In this document: positions 10,920 to 20,092 of the stretch, one piece after another
Layout: every line of letters begins with the position of its first letter
Position numbering within the stretch: position 1 is the stretch's first letter
NCBI GenBank assembly: GCA_024346625.1
Contig: AP024664.1
Span: forward strand, 1,054,001 to 1,118,000
Direction: 5' to 3'
Source of the DNA: Williopsis jadinii
Lineage: Eukaryota
DNA length: 64,000 bases
Made by a program: the position numbers and the translations under genes
The notes under the pieces: model-generated
Database searches by the model: none
The model's input: only the letters and a program-made list of their open reading frames with translations
Told to the model about the DNA's origin: nothing

Positions 10920-12869
10920 TTATTCAATCTCACGAAACAACAAGCTGAGCTCAGCTTCATTACCCATGCCACTGAGAAACTCTTCAACGTTTGCTAAAGT
11001 ATCTTCACTGAAGAGACCACTCCTCGTTAAACGTAGTCCCTCACCTGCAGCTTCAGCCATCGAAAGACGTCTACGAAGCTTCGAACCACGTCTTTTACGT
11101 ATCGGATTTTGAGACTGTTGTCGTGGTTGTTGTAGCTGCTGGTTCTGGAGCTGTTCGTGCTGTTGTTCTTGCTGTTGCTTCTGTTGTTCCGGGAATTGTG
11201 TTGATGGAGGGGCTTTCACCTTAGAACGAACAGGGGTCATGATGACCTCGTTTCGTAGTCTCTTGGACTTCAACTTTGGCCCTGATGCACTATGACTGAA
11301 TCTTCTGGTGGCATTCAAATGTATATCGTCATTGACAATCCCCTTATTTCTGAATGCAGATAGAGGAACTTTACGATTTGAAGATGTCACTTCCAGCCAT
11401 TGTTGGTGGTCCAAGTGATCGTCATTCTCGTCGTCCTCCATCTCACTCATGTTTAAAAGCTCATCAAGCGTGAACTCCTCGTTATTACTCTGTGGTGTAG
11501 TGTTTGTGCCAGCAGCAGTAATGCCAGTACCAGCAGTTGTGTGTGGTACAGCTCCTGGCTTCGGAGTGGCTGGGATTAGAGAGCGAGTCGATAAACCGTC
11601 AATAATACCAAAGGGCTTTGAGTCTGTAGACCATGTTCCTAAAGCAGGTGGCCTTGCAATTATCGATGAGGAGGATAATAATTCTTGAGCCTTTGACCCA
11701 ACCTTTTTCCTTGAGGATGGTGGAGGTAACGTTGTATCTTCATCCGTCGCTTCATCATCGCTCATTGGTTCATCGTGAGAGTCATCAGAGCCTTCTCCAC
11801 CACTGAAAAAATAGTTCCAGAGATAAGAGTCGTCCTCGCTATCAACGTCGTGCTGCTTCTTCTGAGTGGCATTCATTGCACCCTCAGACGTATATAGCAA
11901 TTTATCCTTGAAGACCGAGTCGTCAAAATATGGTATTGTGAATGCCTCTTCATCGTAATCATCGTCATAGTCCCCATATCCATCATCATCATCGTCATCA
12001 TCATCCGAAACGTATTGAATGGCCTCTGCGTTATCCAGGGCCTCCTGCTTGTGCTTCCTGATCATATCTTCGACAACAGAGTTTCTAGGAGTTGTCTGTC
12101 CGCTAAGATCAAAGTTACCATTGCTATAATCTTGCGCTATATTCTGAGCTTCCTCCTGAAGGAGGTTGTAGTCGTCTTCGCCAGTATCGAAGCCTGTATC
12201 GACACCATCGCTCTCTTGCTCCAGAGTTCGAAGGAGCTCATCCCTATCGATATCACCATCTGAATCGGAGTCTTCAATGTCCACCAGCCCTAAAGGTTCA
12301 CCAGCTATAGGCATTTCATTAGTCTCTGGAATGACTACCCCACTAAGCTCTTCACCAACATCCTCCTCTTCTGCGTTCTCAATTTTCAACATATGACTAC
12401 CGTTGTTCCAATCAAATGAAAAGTCCACATCGTGGGCAGCAGGCTTTGAAGGTGAAGGCTCCTTAAACGGCGAGCTCGACCTGTGACGCTGCAACGCCTT
12501 GGCCTTTCTCTCAGCTGTTAGTTTGACGTAGTCCTCATCGTCATCGTCCGAGGAACTCGTATCATCGTCCTCATCATCTTCACTTGATGTATTAACAACC
12601 TGACTAGCATGTGTTTTCCATAATAAATCATGTTCTTCTTGCTCTTCATCGTCACTGTCACTCTCAACAGCGTGGAATTGCCCACCGGTAGTTGCTGGCT
12701 CATCTTCCGACTCAAATTCGCTCAAGTCACTGGAATCGCTCGAATCAACGAGGCTAAACCTCTGTTTCTGTTTAGCACGCATACTCGGCGGTAGGATTGT
12801 CTTGCCTGGTGCCTTTGAAGCACGAGTGCCCTTCACAGCCACTGTATTCTTTCTAGGGGCCTTGGCCAT
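10920..12869 (-). CDS. IFH1: Ribosomal protein gene coactivator Ifh1/Crf1 family (649 aa from MAKAPRK)
   Basis: Acidic protein with the forkhead-binding-region signature DSEDDSYLWNYFFS...SDDEATDEDTTLPPP...PPALGTW..DSKPFGIIDGLSTRSL. The ORF track's GTG start at 12986 lies inside an intron; the first in-frame ATG is at 12869. Confidence 0.88.
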   Translation of the reverse strand: MAKAPRKNTVAVKGTRASKAPGKTILPPSMRAKQKQRFSLVDSSDSSDLSEFESEDEPATTGGQFHAVESDSDDEEQEEHDLLWKTHASQVVNTSSEDDEDDDTSSSDDDDEDYVKLTAERKAKALQRHRSSSPFKEPSPSKPAAHDVDFSFDWNNGSHMLKIENAEEEDVGEELSGVVIPETNEMPIAGEPLGLVDIEDSDSDGDIDRDELLRTLEQESDGVDTGFDTGEDDYNLLQEEAQNIAQDYSNGNFDLSGQTTPRNSVVEDMIRKHKQEALDNAEAIQYVSDDDDDDDDGYGDYDDDYDEEAFTIPYFDDSVFKDKLLYTSEGAMNATQKKQHDVDSEDDSYLWNYFFSGGEGSDDSHDEPMSDDEATDEDTTLPPPSSRKKVGSKAQELLSSSSIIARPPALGTWSTDSKPFGIIDGLSTRSLIPATPKPGAVPHTTAGTGITAAGTNTTPQSNNEEFTLDELLNMSEMEDDENDDHLDHQQWLEVTSSNRKVPLSAFRNKGIVNDDIHLNATRRFSHSASGPKLKSKRLRNEVIMTPVRSKVKAPPSTQFPEQQKQQQEQQHEQLQNQQLQQPRQQSQNPIRKRRGSKLRRRLSMAEAAGEGLRLTRSGLFSEDTLANVEEFLSGMGNEAELSLLFREIE

Positions 12870-12907
12870 CTCTGTCAATGCTATCGGAGTAGTCTTCTTT
12901 GATCTCT

Positions 12908-12990
12908 CTATACGGCGCTTGTTAGTGGGCGGAGGAAGACAAAAACACTTCGCACGACGATCATCATCATCATCATCATCTCTCACTTAC
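12908..12990 (-). other. Spliceosomal intron in the IFH1 5' leader
   Basis: Minus strand: GTAAGT donor at 12990, an internal (GAT)n tract, CACTAAC branch point, and first downstream TAG ending at 12908 (83 nt). Confidence 0.75.
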
Positions 12991-13504
12991 ATATTTCCCA
13001 ATCGTTAGCTTTGGCTGCTTTACACTTCAATATCCAGTCTAATATCTGTTCCAAGGAACCGTTGCCATAATCTGCCGAGCTGTTGCGGATCTCACACAAA
13101 ATGATGGGGCCCTGGTCTCGTATGAACTCTTGCTGTGTTGAACAGTCTTCGCTTATCGCAGTGAACAGGAAGGTCGTCGTCGTTGTCGTCGTCTATAGCA
13201 GCTCTCCAGAGGTCTAAGTCAGGCGGTAATACCTTATAATGGCTCTATTTCCAACAGCTCTTCTTCAATTTATCACATCATAGTGTGTGTTTAGGAAGAG
13301 ACAGAAAGGTAGCACAGGAAAATTTTATGCATCGCATCTCCGAGGGTGCGAAAATTGCCGCATTAGGTATAACCATAATAAACACACCGGTACTGTTGTC
13401 CTCGGATATCACAGCTTACTACGTTTCACACAGTACACACAGTACACGCAATTCGGTGCTATTCTTTTTGTTTATTGGAGAGTTGCTGCTCTAAAGTGTG
13501 GTAG

Positions 13505-15238
13505 TTAGACGTGGCACCCCAGTGGACTTCTCATTCTGAAGAGATATTCACACTTCTCAGGCTCACTGACACCGAGAAGCTCGTGCTCATCACCGCACTC
13601 GATCTTAACAACAGCCCTTCTAACAGGGCCGTTCCAACATTTGGCACCGTTCTCGTAGTAGGCCACAACGGTGTTGTCTTTCTCGTCGAGCTCTGCTCTG
13701 TCGAAGGTGCCGATCTTGACGTTGTGTCCATTGGCCCCCTTTTGTCTGACATCACCGATGATTTCGAGCTCGTAGTCGTATTCACCAAATTTGGAGGTCT
13801 TTTTGACGTCAGCCATTGCACGGAAGATTTCATTTGGCCCATAGTTCTTGGACAGCTTTGAGTTGATGGCATCGATGGACGAGGAGGCACTTTGTGCGTA
13901 CTCTTCGAATTTCTGAACAGCGTCTGCTAAATCGTCATTCTTGAAGGTTTCAATTCCGGACTTCTTCACCTGAGCTGAAGACGTTCCCAAGAATTGTTCA
14001 ACCAGGAAATGGAACTTCGATCTTACCCTATCGATGAATGATCCTTCTTCAACAGATTGTAATGGGGCAGACACCTCTGGTTGCTGCTCTTCTTGGACAG
14101 ATTTGAGTGTGGACAGCTTATCTGCGATTGTGTTCAAGACAGATGATACGGAGTCGACAAACATTGCATCATCTTCAACAACTTCCTTGTTCACCAAATA
14201 GTCCTGGAATGAACCAACGGCTTCTTTAACATTTGGATCGTTGAAATTTGGGTTATAGTTCTCAATCAAGTAGTTCAAGAGCTCCTCCAATTTGGCAATG
14301 TGTTTGTCAACTACTCCATGGTCAGTAACGGCTTCTTTCAAACTTTCCAGAATCACTGAAGAGGAGTCATTGACTTCTTTGACACCCTTACTGAAGAGTG
14401 CAATGATCTTTCTCTGAAGCTTCTTAACGTCAAGTTCAGATGGTTGGTAGTCCTTCAAGAACTCTCTGAAATCCTCAACGGTTTGCTTCACAGCGTTATC
14501 ATTCAAGTTAGCGTTAAAGGTCTCATCAAGCTTGGACAGAATCTCGTAGACGGTGCCCAAGTTTTGTTTCTTGGATGCAAATGCTCCCAGCTTCTTACCA
14601 ACCAACAACTTCTGTTCATCAATGGTCTTTTTCAAAGCTTTGAATAGATCAGCATTCTCAGACTCGTCCCTTTCATCAATGAGCTTTTGAAATCTGCGGA
14701 TTTCACCTTTATCAAAGCTCAAGAGCGATTCTTCAGTGGCCAATTGATCAGCGAGTTTAGCCTTCATTCTCTGAGCTGCTCTTATGATCTTTGCTGCCTT
14801 ATCTTTACCGACCGCAATCATTTTCTCAGTAGCAATACGATCCTTCTCATACTCCTCGTGTATCTCCACACATTTGTTTGGACATTGGACGCCAGTTTTC
14901 CACTCATCAGAGCCATCACAGCACACCTCGTAATCACAAACACCATCGTTCACCAGATGACTTGGAATGTAAGAGCCAACGTGACCTTCGTTCTTACACC
15001 AGAACAGGTTGTTTTCACACGCAGACGTTCCTGGCTCGTCACTCCCGTCAGGACAGTCGCAGTAATCGTCGTTCACTTGTGACCAGTCCAGCACAATTTC
15101 TGGGTTTGAAAGACAGCTCCATTTGCCATCTTTGCTGACATACAAGTGTTGGTCCTTGGGAGCAACACCTATAACTTCTGAGTCAGCGTTGACCACCAAT
15201 GGGAGGAGTGGGACAAGAACAGCTAATGGTAATCTCAT
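13505..15238 (-). CDS. GTB1: Glucosidase II beta subunit
   Basis: Signal peptide, LDLa-like segment VNDDYCDCPDGSDEPGTSAC...VNDGVCDYEVCCDGSDE, and C-terminal MRH domain (YENGAKCWNGPVR...EPEKCEY...SPLGC). Confidence 0.93.
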   Translation of the reverse strand: MRLPLAVLVPLLPLVVNADSEVIGVAPKDQHLYVSKDGKWSCLSNPEIVLDWSQVNDDYCDCPDGSDEPGTSACENNLFWCKNEGHVGSYIPSHLVNDGVCDYEVCCDGSDEWKTGVQCPNKCVEIHEEYEKDRIATEKMIAVGKDKAAKIIRAAQRMKAKLADQLATEESLLSFDKGEIRRFQKLIDERDESENADLFKALKKTIDEQKLLVGKKLGAFASKKQNLGTVYEILSKLDETFNANLNDNAVKQTVEDFREFLKDYQPSELDVKKLQRKIIALFSKGVKEVNDSSSVILESLKEAVTDHGVVDKHIAKLEELLNYLIENYNPNFNDPNVKEAVGSFQDYLVNKEVVEDDAMFVDSVSSVLNTIADKLSTLKSVQEEQQPEVSAPLQSVEEGSFIDRVRSKFHFLVEQFLGTSSAQVKKSGIETFKNDDLADAVQKFEEYAQSASSSIDAINSKLSKNYGPNEIFRAMADVKKTSKFGEYDYELEIIGDVRQKGANGHNVKIGTFDRAELDEKDNTVVAYYENGAKCWNGPVRRAVVKIECGDEHELLGVSEPEKCEYLFRMRSPLGCHV

Positions 15239-15678
15239 ATTGGGCTCTGCAACTGCACCTTATAAATCAGGGTTCTACAGTGTCTTTCACAATATCTCCG
15301 GACACAATTCGTATAGCACTGTGATATATAGCTCAGCACAACACTTCCAAGGTTGTAATTGCAACAGCGAACAACAAATCACCTCTCAAAGTGAATGTCG
15401 TTGTTGGCACACCTGGGTGTAATTTTCTGCCTCGAAATCGCCGAGTATTAATTCAATGTGCCAAACAATCTACAAATTGATGAGGTGTTCGAAACAAAAC
15501 ACTTGGTATATCAATGCAAAGCAGCTTATACGCCCAATTAACACCCACCATTAGCTGTTGAGCACTCCGCTAGAGCTTTCAATTAGGTGTATAAACTGAG
15601 GTATTCGTAGTGTTGTTCATAACACCGATACGCTCCGGTAAAGCAGCCGCTCTGCTTAGTCATAAACTCCGTCCCTTC

Positions 15679-15696
15679 CTCATCGCATAAATTTTT
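15679..15696 (+). promoter_or_regulatory. PAC element plus RRPE-like tract upstream of LAS1
   Basis: CTCATCGC (reverse complement of GCGATGAG) followed by ataaattttt, about 100 bp before the LAS1 ATG. Confidence 0.6.
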
Positions 15697-15791
15697 GTTT
15701 GTGTTTGTGTATGTTTTGGCTCGTTGTCGAGGAAGCCATACACTTTGAAACCACCTTCTTAGGCTTGTTGGGCTAAACGGTGGACAACGCT

Positions 15792-17057
15792 ATGAATAGC
15801 CACCCACGACTGACACCTTGGAAGAGCTCGGATGAGGTTGTATACCTGAAGGGTCTGTTTTTCCCGGCGGATAGAGAACACATCTCGAGAGATGAGCTCC
15901 ATCGTCAGTACGAGGAAGCCATATCGCTGGTGGAGATGTATTCGTCAAGAACAAGGGTCTCACATATACTGCAATCGACCTCACATCTGTTCTCTGCGCT
16001 GATGATGCTTGAGAGCTTTGAAGGTGGGCTGGATGATACCGTCAGACTGACGGCGTCGATGACCATCATTCGATTTGTCAATGGGCTCTTGGACCCAAAT
16101 CAACAGAGTCAATTTGCAATACCTCTACACCTGCTAGCTAAGAAGATTGACCTGCCGAGCCTGTTTGTTGAATTTAGACACAGCGCTACACACGATGCGC
16201 TACCGTCTTTGGAAATGTGTAAGACGTGTGTTGATCGGGCGATTGATTGGGTATGGGACCACTACTGGGATGGGGTCTTGTCGATCGTCGAACCTCAGGT
16301 TGAAACGGATGATCTTGAGGAATCACTCATTAAGGAGCTGAAGGACCTGTTCAAGCAGTATAGGAGAATAAGGAGACAGAACATCACCAAATTGTACAAA
16401 TTTGGTGATTCCACTCCTGAAGGAAAGGAATATTGGACTTGTATCGCAGGTATAAAGGACCATGCAGATATGGCTAACTTCTACAACGTTATGATTGAAC
16501 GAATCGTGAGCAACAAGCTGAAATGGGAACATCTGCGAGCTCTGTTCGAACCAATGATGAACCATTTCATCCATCTTAAGGGATGGGATTTCCCTCTTGG
16601 GTTGATCGATTCAATGCTCTCAAAGAACTACGAATATTCTAAATTCCGTGGTATTGATGATACCGAGAGAGCATACCTCAATGACCAGGAGTTCAAATGC
16701 GCACAGAAATGGATAAGATGGTTGGCTATCGAACAGATAGATCGCTATGATGATGTCTTGGTTTCAAAAATGATTGACACACTGGGGAAGACTAACCACG
16801 AGTTGAACGTTGAACTTCTTGAGAAACTACAGTCGAGGTTCAGCGCAGATCCTGTAATCAAGGACAAGATCCAGGCAAAGCTCACATTGATTCAAAGGCT
16901 TTCAACAGACACCAAAACCAAGAGGATGAACAATCTCGAAGATATAATGTCCGATCTTGAAAGCCTAAAGAAGCGAGCAAAAGTGACGCCTACGCTTCAT
17001 ATCAAGAGTTTTGAATCGCACCCTAATTGGACACCCAAACCGTTTGGAGTTATATAG
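15792..17057 (+). CDS. LAS1: Las1 HEPN endoribonuclease (pre-rRNA ITS2 C2 cleavage)
   Basis: PRLTPW N-terminus, IIRFVNGLLD, HEPN motif RHSATH, and C-terminal NWTPKPFG; first ATG at 15792 gives 421 aa. Confidence 0.95.
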   Translation: MNSHPRLTPWKSSDEVVYLKGLFFPADREHISRDELHRQYEEAISLVEMYSSRTRVSHILQSTSHLFSALMMLESFEGGLDDTVRLTASMTIIRFVNGLLDPNQQSQFAIPLHLLAKKIDLPSLFVEFRHSATHDALPSLEMCKTCVDRAIDWVWDHYWDGVLSIVEPQVETDDLEESLIKELKDLFKQYRRIRRQNITKLYKFGDSTPEGKEYWTCIAGIKDHADMANFYNVMIERIVSNKLKWEHLRALFEPMMNHFIHLKGWDFPLGLIDSMLSKNYEYSKFRGIDDTERAYLNDQEFKCAQKWIRWLAIEQIDRYDDVLVSKMIDTLGKTNHELNVELLEKLQSRFSADPVIKDKIQAKLTLIQRLSTDTKTKRMNNLEDIMSDLESLKKRAKVTPTLHIKSFESHPNWTPKPFGVI

Positions 17058-17199
17058 ACATCTACATATATTAATTGGAGGATGGAACCTTTTTATTTTG
17101 GACTGTATATATATAAACCAATGTAATTGAAACTCTTTGTCAACCCAATGACAAACATGTCACTACAGACACTCAAAATTGAAACTGTCGTCAAACACA

Positions 17200-17317
17200 G
17201 TGTTAATCAGACATCCTAGGAAGGTCTATGGGCGGTCACCGGCTTACATAGAAGGGTTCTAAGCGTAAGCTACCGAGGAAACTGCGAATGTTAAGGTTAT
17301 TTTCATCACTTTAACAC
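17200..17317 (-). ncRNA. SNR128: U14 (snR128) box C/D snoRNA
   Basis: Minus strand: box C GTGATGA (17309-17303), domain A AACATTCGCAGTTT, 3' guide ACCTTCCTAGGATGT followed by box D CTGA (17210-17207), and terminal stem GTGTTAA/TTAACAC. This matches the remembered yeast U14 layout. Confidence 0.93.
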
Positions 17318-17438
17318 GGTGTAGAGACAGCTCCAATCTTGAGATTGCACTTGTAGATTCCAGTCTGGCAGAGATTGGAAACATAGAGTTCAAAACATTG
17401 ATGTACTTTGGCCTCAAAATACAAACTAGATCTTCTCT

Positions 17439-17760
17439 CTATACAGAAACACAGGTTAGTATACAGAAACACACTGTAAGTAGCAAAGTCCACTAAAGAA
17501 ACCACCAAAGCCTTCCCTCCAAAGGAAAGAAAAGAAAAGGCAACAGATCAGAAATGTTTGGTTACTGGCAAGTAAAAAGTCAAAGAGATCCCCAACTAGT
17601 AACCGTAGTTAAGAGTTGTATGGGAAACAAGTGACGTGTTAGAACCCCATGTCGTCATGGTCGAAATCGGACTGGGAAAGAAGGAAACAACGTTATCATC
17701 ATATGAGCGAAGACTTCAGTGGACACATCTAAAGCTGAGAGCTTGGTGTAAAATACGTAC
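17439..17760 (-). other. Intron of a non-coding host transcript containing snR190
   Basis: Minus strand: GTACGT donor at 17760, perfect TACTAAC branch point at 17461-17455, TAG acceptor ending at 17439; I see no credible protein ORF across the exons. Confidence 0.8.
17544..17706 (-). ncRNA. SNR190: snR190 box C/D snoRNA
   Basis: Box C ATGATGA (17702-17696), blocks GTCCGATTTCGACCATGACGACA and TTTTACTTGCCAGT resembling remembered S. cerevisiae snR190, box D CTGA (17551-17548). It lies upstream of U14, as in the known snR190-U14 cluster. Confidence 0.88.
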
Positions 17761-17961
17761 AGTTCTTCAAAGTTTCCTCCAACCTCCATTGGAGTGGGTT
17801 TCTCACTGGGAAGAGAGCATTGGAAGGGAGAAGAAATCGATGGAGAATGAAAAATTTTCTTCGTTTAAATAGCGAAAAGCGCTGAATGCGCAAAAATGCG
17901 CTGAACGCGCAAAAGCGAATGGGAAGGAGTTATTTGCCCGTAAGAATGCATGACAGAAATG

Positions 17962-17969
17962 TTAGGGCT
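17962..17969 (-). promoter_or_regulatory. Tbf1-type snoRNA promoter element (AGCCCTAA)
   Basis: Exact match to aRCCCTaa about 200 bp upstream of the snR190 host donor site; RRPE-like TGAAAAATTTT near 17848-17858. Confidence 0.6.
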
Positions 17970-18038
17970 AACTTCATTTACTCGTAGAAGCGTAATAAAA
18001 CAGAAACATCAACCTGGTCAGTTGATTGACATTGGAGC

Positions 18039-18551
18039 ATGAGTGTAAACAGAGGTATAATCGTTGATAGAGAGCTATCGTCAAGGAGGCACAAAGGTGT
18101 AAATTCGACAGAACTAGCAGAGAAGATCGTTAGGGAGCGTGTATTTGATTCTCTCTATTGGAAGTTGAACTGCTTCAATGTCAATGCTGCCACGATACTG
18201 AACCGATGTGTAGAGCTCCGATGCGTTGGCTCATTTGAGCAATCCGGAAGACCTTTCCCATTCTTATGCCTATTTGTGAAGCTGATCCAGATGTTACCAC
18301 CAAGTGAGATTATAGAGTTCTACTTAGAGCAGCACGAGTTCAAATACCTGAAAGTGCTGGCATTGCTCTACGTAAGAATAGTAGAGAGGGATCAGGACAC
18401 ACTGAGACAACACCTCAGTGACTATAGAAAGATTATTCTCTTTGAGAATGGCGCGTGGACATTGACCACGGTGGATGTCATCGTGGATAGACTACTGACG
18501 GAGGACTTCTTCATAGGGCTAACGCTACCCTTCATGGGCGCGAGTGAATGA
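18039..18551 (+). CDS. PRP38: Tri-snRNP splicing factor Prp38
   Basis: EKIVRERVFDSLYWKLNCF, PFPFLCLFVKLIQMLP, FKYLKVLALLYVR, DYRKI; convergent with SMD1 as in S. cerevisiae. Confidence 0.9.
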   Translation: MSVNRGIIVDRELSSRRHKGVNSTELAEKIVRERVFDSLYWKLNCFNVNAATILNRCVELRCVGSFEQSGRPFPFLCLFVKLIQMLPPSEIIEFYLEQHEFKYLKVLALLYVRIVERDQDTLRQHLSDYRKIILFENGAWTLTTVDVIVDRLLTEDFFIGLTLPFMGASE

Positions 18552-18614
18552 CGACAACATGTAAACATGGCTCTTGAATTTCATGACATTAGTAATACAT
18601 ATATGTGTAGCTCT

Positions 18615-18953
18615 CTAGAGAGCCCTTCTAACCCTTTTGGCACCCCCATGAGACGTCGCATCATTGGTGTCGAGTCTTCTCTTCTTCTTCTTCACCTGCG
18701 TTACATTATCCTGTAGCAGCAAATCGAGATTCAGGGAGTCCGGCAATATGACGTTTCTCACGTTACTGCCTCTGATGTTGATGAAATCTACCACTATCGG
18801 GTCCCTATGTCTCAGCGTCATCTTCACCTTCTTCAGAGTGATATTCATCGTTGGCGCTACCATCACAACGGTGCCCTGTACCACTGTACCGTCTTTCAGC
18901 TCAACTTGTACCGTCTCGTTGGTGAGCTTCATAAGAAATCTAACCAGTTTCAT
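18615..18953 (-). CDS. SMD1: Sm core protein D1
   Basis: MKLVRFLMKLTNETVQVELKDGTVVQG...IRGSNVRNVILPDSLNLDLLL. Confidence 0.96.
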   Translation of the reverse strand: MKLVRFLMKLTNETVQVELKDGTVVQGTVVMVAPTMNITLKKVKMTLRHRDPIVVDFINIRGSNVRNVILPDSLNLDLLLQDNVTQVKKKKRRLDTNDATSHGGAKRVRRAL

Positions 18954-19258
18954 CTTTGTTATGTGTTATTCTAGTGCTTCTGAGCTACCCGCCACCCGTT
19001 GTTTTGTCTTAAACCAGCTTGTTTTGCCTTGCGCTTCCAGTGGTATTTGAACTTTTTGCACAAAATCCGACTAACCAAAACCGAAAAAGAAGGAAAAAAC
19101 AAAAACATACAGTTTCGCGCTTATTTCCCTTTACGGAAGAAGGCTCTTCCCCTATGAGGCGATGTCCAATTCCTTTTCTCATCACAGGCTCTTTTCCCTT
19201 CCTTTGCTACTAAAATTTCACCGTGAAAGCGCACAGACGTAAACATTGAACGACAAAG

Positions 19259-20092
19259 ATGTCCACAATCAGTGTTAAATCGCGTTCTAAATCAATCAAG
19301 TCCGCGGAGTACGAGGGCGTCAATACGTATGACCAGTTTCTCAGCCTAATTGCCAAAGCCAACAAGACCAATGTCAACAGAATCCGTATCACCACGTTGG
19401 ACAAGAAGCCAATCACCTCCACCAGTGACTTGTTATCACAGAGCGAAGTCTCTGTGAAGGACCTGGGCCCGCAGATTGGATGGAGAACAGTGTATATCAT
19501 CGAGTACTTGGGCCCATTGCTACTGCACATCCTGTCTTATAGGTACTTTGGAGAGCCAAAGAAGTACAACTTGCTGTGGAAGATGCAGGTGTTCCACTAC
19601 GCTAAGCGTGAGTTTGAGAATGTCTTTGTCCACAGATTTTCGAGCTCTACCATGCCATTGTTCAACCTGTTCAAGAACTCGGGCTATTATTGGTTGCTGG
19701 GTTCTTCGTTGTCGTTGATGTACAACGATTGGGGTAACTTCACAGTGCCAGGCTGGGCTCCATCTGCAACCACTATCCAATGGTTGTTCATCGCATGGTG
19801 CGTGTGCCAATTCTTCAACGGTGTCAGCCACATCCAATTGCGTTTGCTTGGTGACAAGTCCATCAGAATGGGTAAGGGTAGACAGCCACCACAAGGTGGT
19901 TTCTTTGAGATCTTTGTCAGTCCAAACTATACCTTTGAAATCTATGGCTGGGCCCTCGTGTTCTTGATGAACCCAAATGTCTTCTCCTTGTCATTCCTCA
20001 TTGTCGGTGCAACACAGATGTACTTTTGGGCACAGGCAAAGAACAAGAAGTACAACACCCACAAGTCATTTATCATTCCATTTTTGTTCTGA
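19259..20092 (+). CDS. TSC13: Very-long-chain enoyl-CoA reductase
   Basis: VKDLGPQIGWRTVYIIEYLGP, HYAKREFENVFVHRFSSSTMP.FNLFKNS, PNYTFE, QMYFWA, IIPFLF. Confidence 0.93.
   Translation: MSTISVKSRSKSIKSAEYEGVNTYDQFLSLIAKANKTNVNRIRITTLDKKPITSTSDLLSQSEVSVKDLGPQIGWRTVYIIEYLGPLLLHILSYRYFGEPKKYNLLWKMQVFHYAKREFENVFVHRFSSSTMPLFNLFKNSGYYWLLGSSLSLMYNDWGNFTVPGWAPSATTIQWLFIAWCVCQFFNGVSHIQLRLLGDKSIRMGKGRQPPQGGFFEIFVSPNYTFEIYGWALVFLMNPNVFSLSFLIVGATQMYFWAQAKNKKYNTHKSFIIPFLF

Noticed and set aside
12870..12986. ORF-track N-terminal extension of IFH1 (MRDDDDDDD...)
   Set aside because: It begins at a GTG inside the predicted intron, and the poly-Asp is an intronic GAT microsatellite.
13505..13530. GTB1 lacks a C-terminal HDEL
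   Set aside because: As far as I recall, lack of a consensus retrieval signal is already seen in budding-yeast Gtb1, so it is not novel.
15708..15799. Possible LAS1 intron starting at GTATGT
   Set aside because: There is no good branch point and no upstream ATG exon; the unspliced ATG at 15792 gives a complete Las1 N-terminus.
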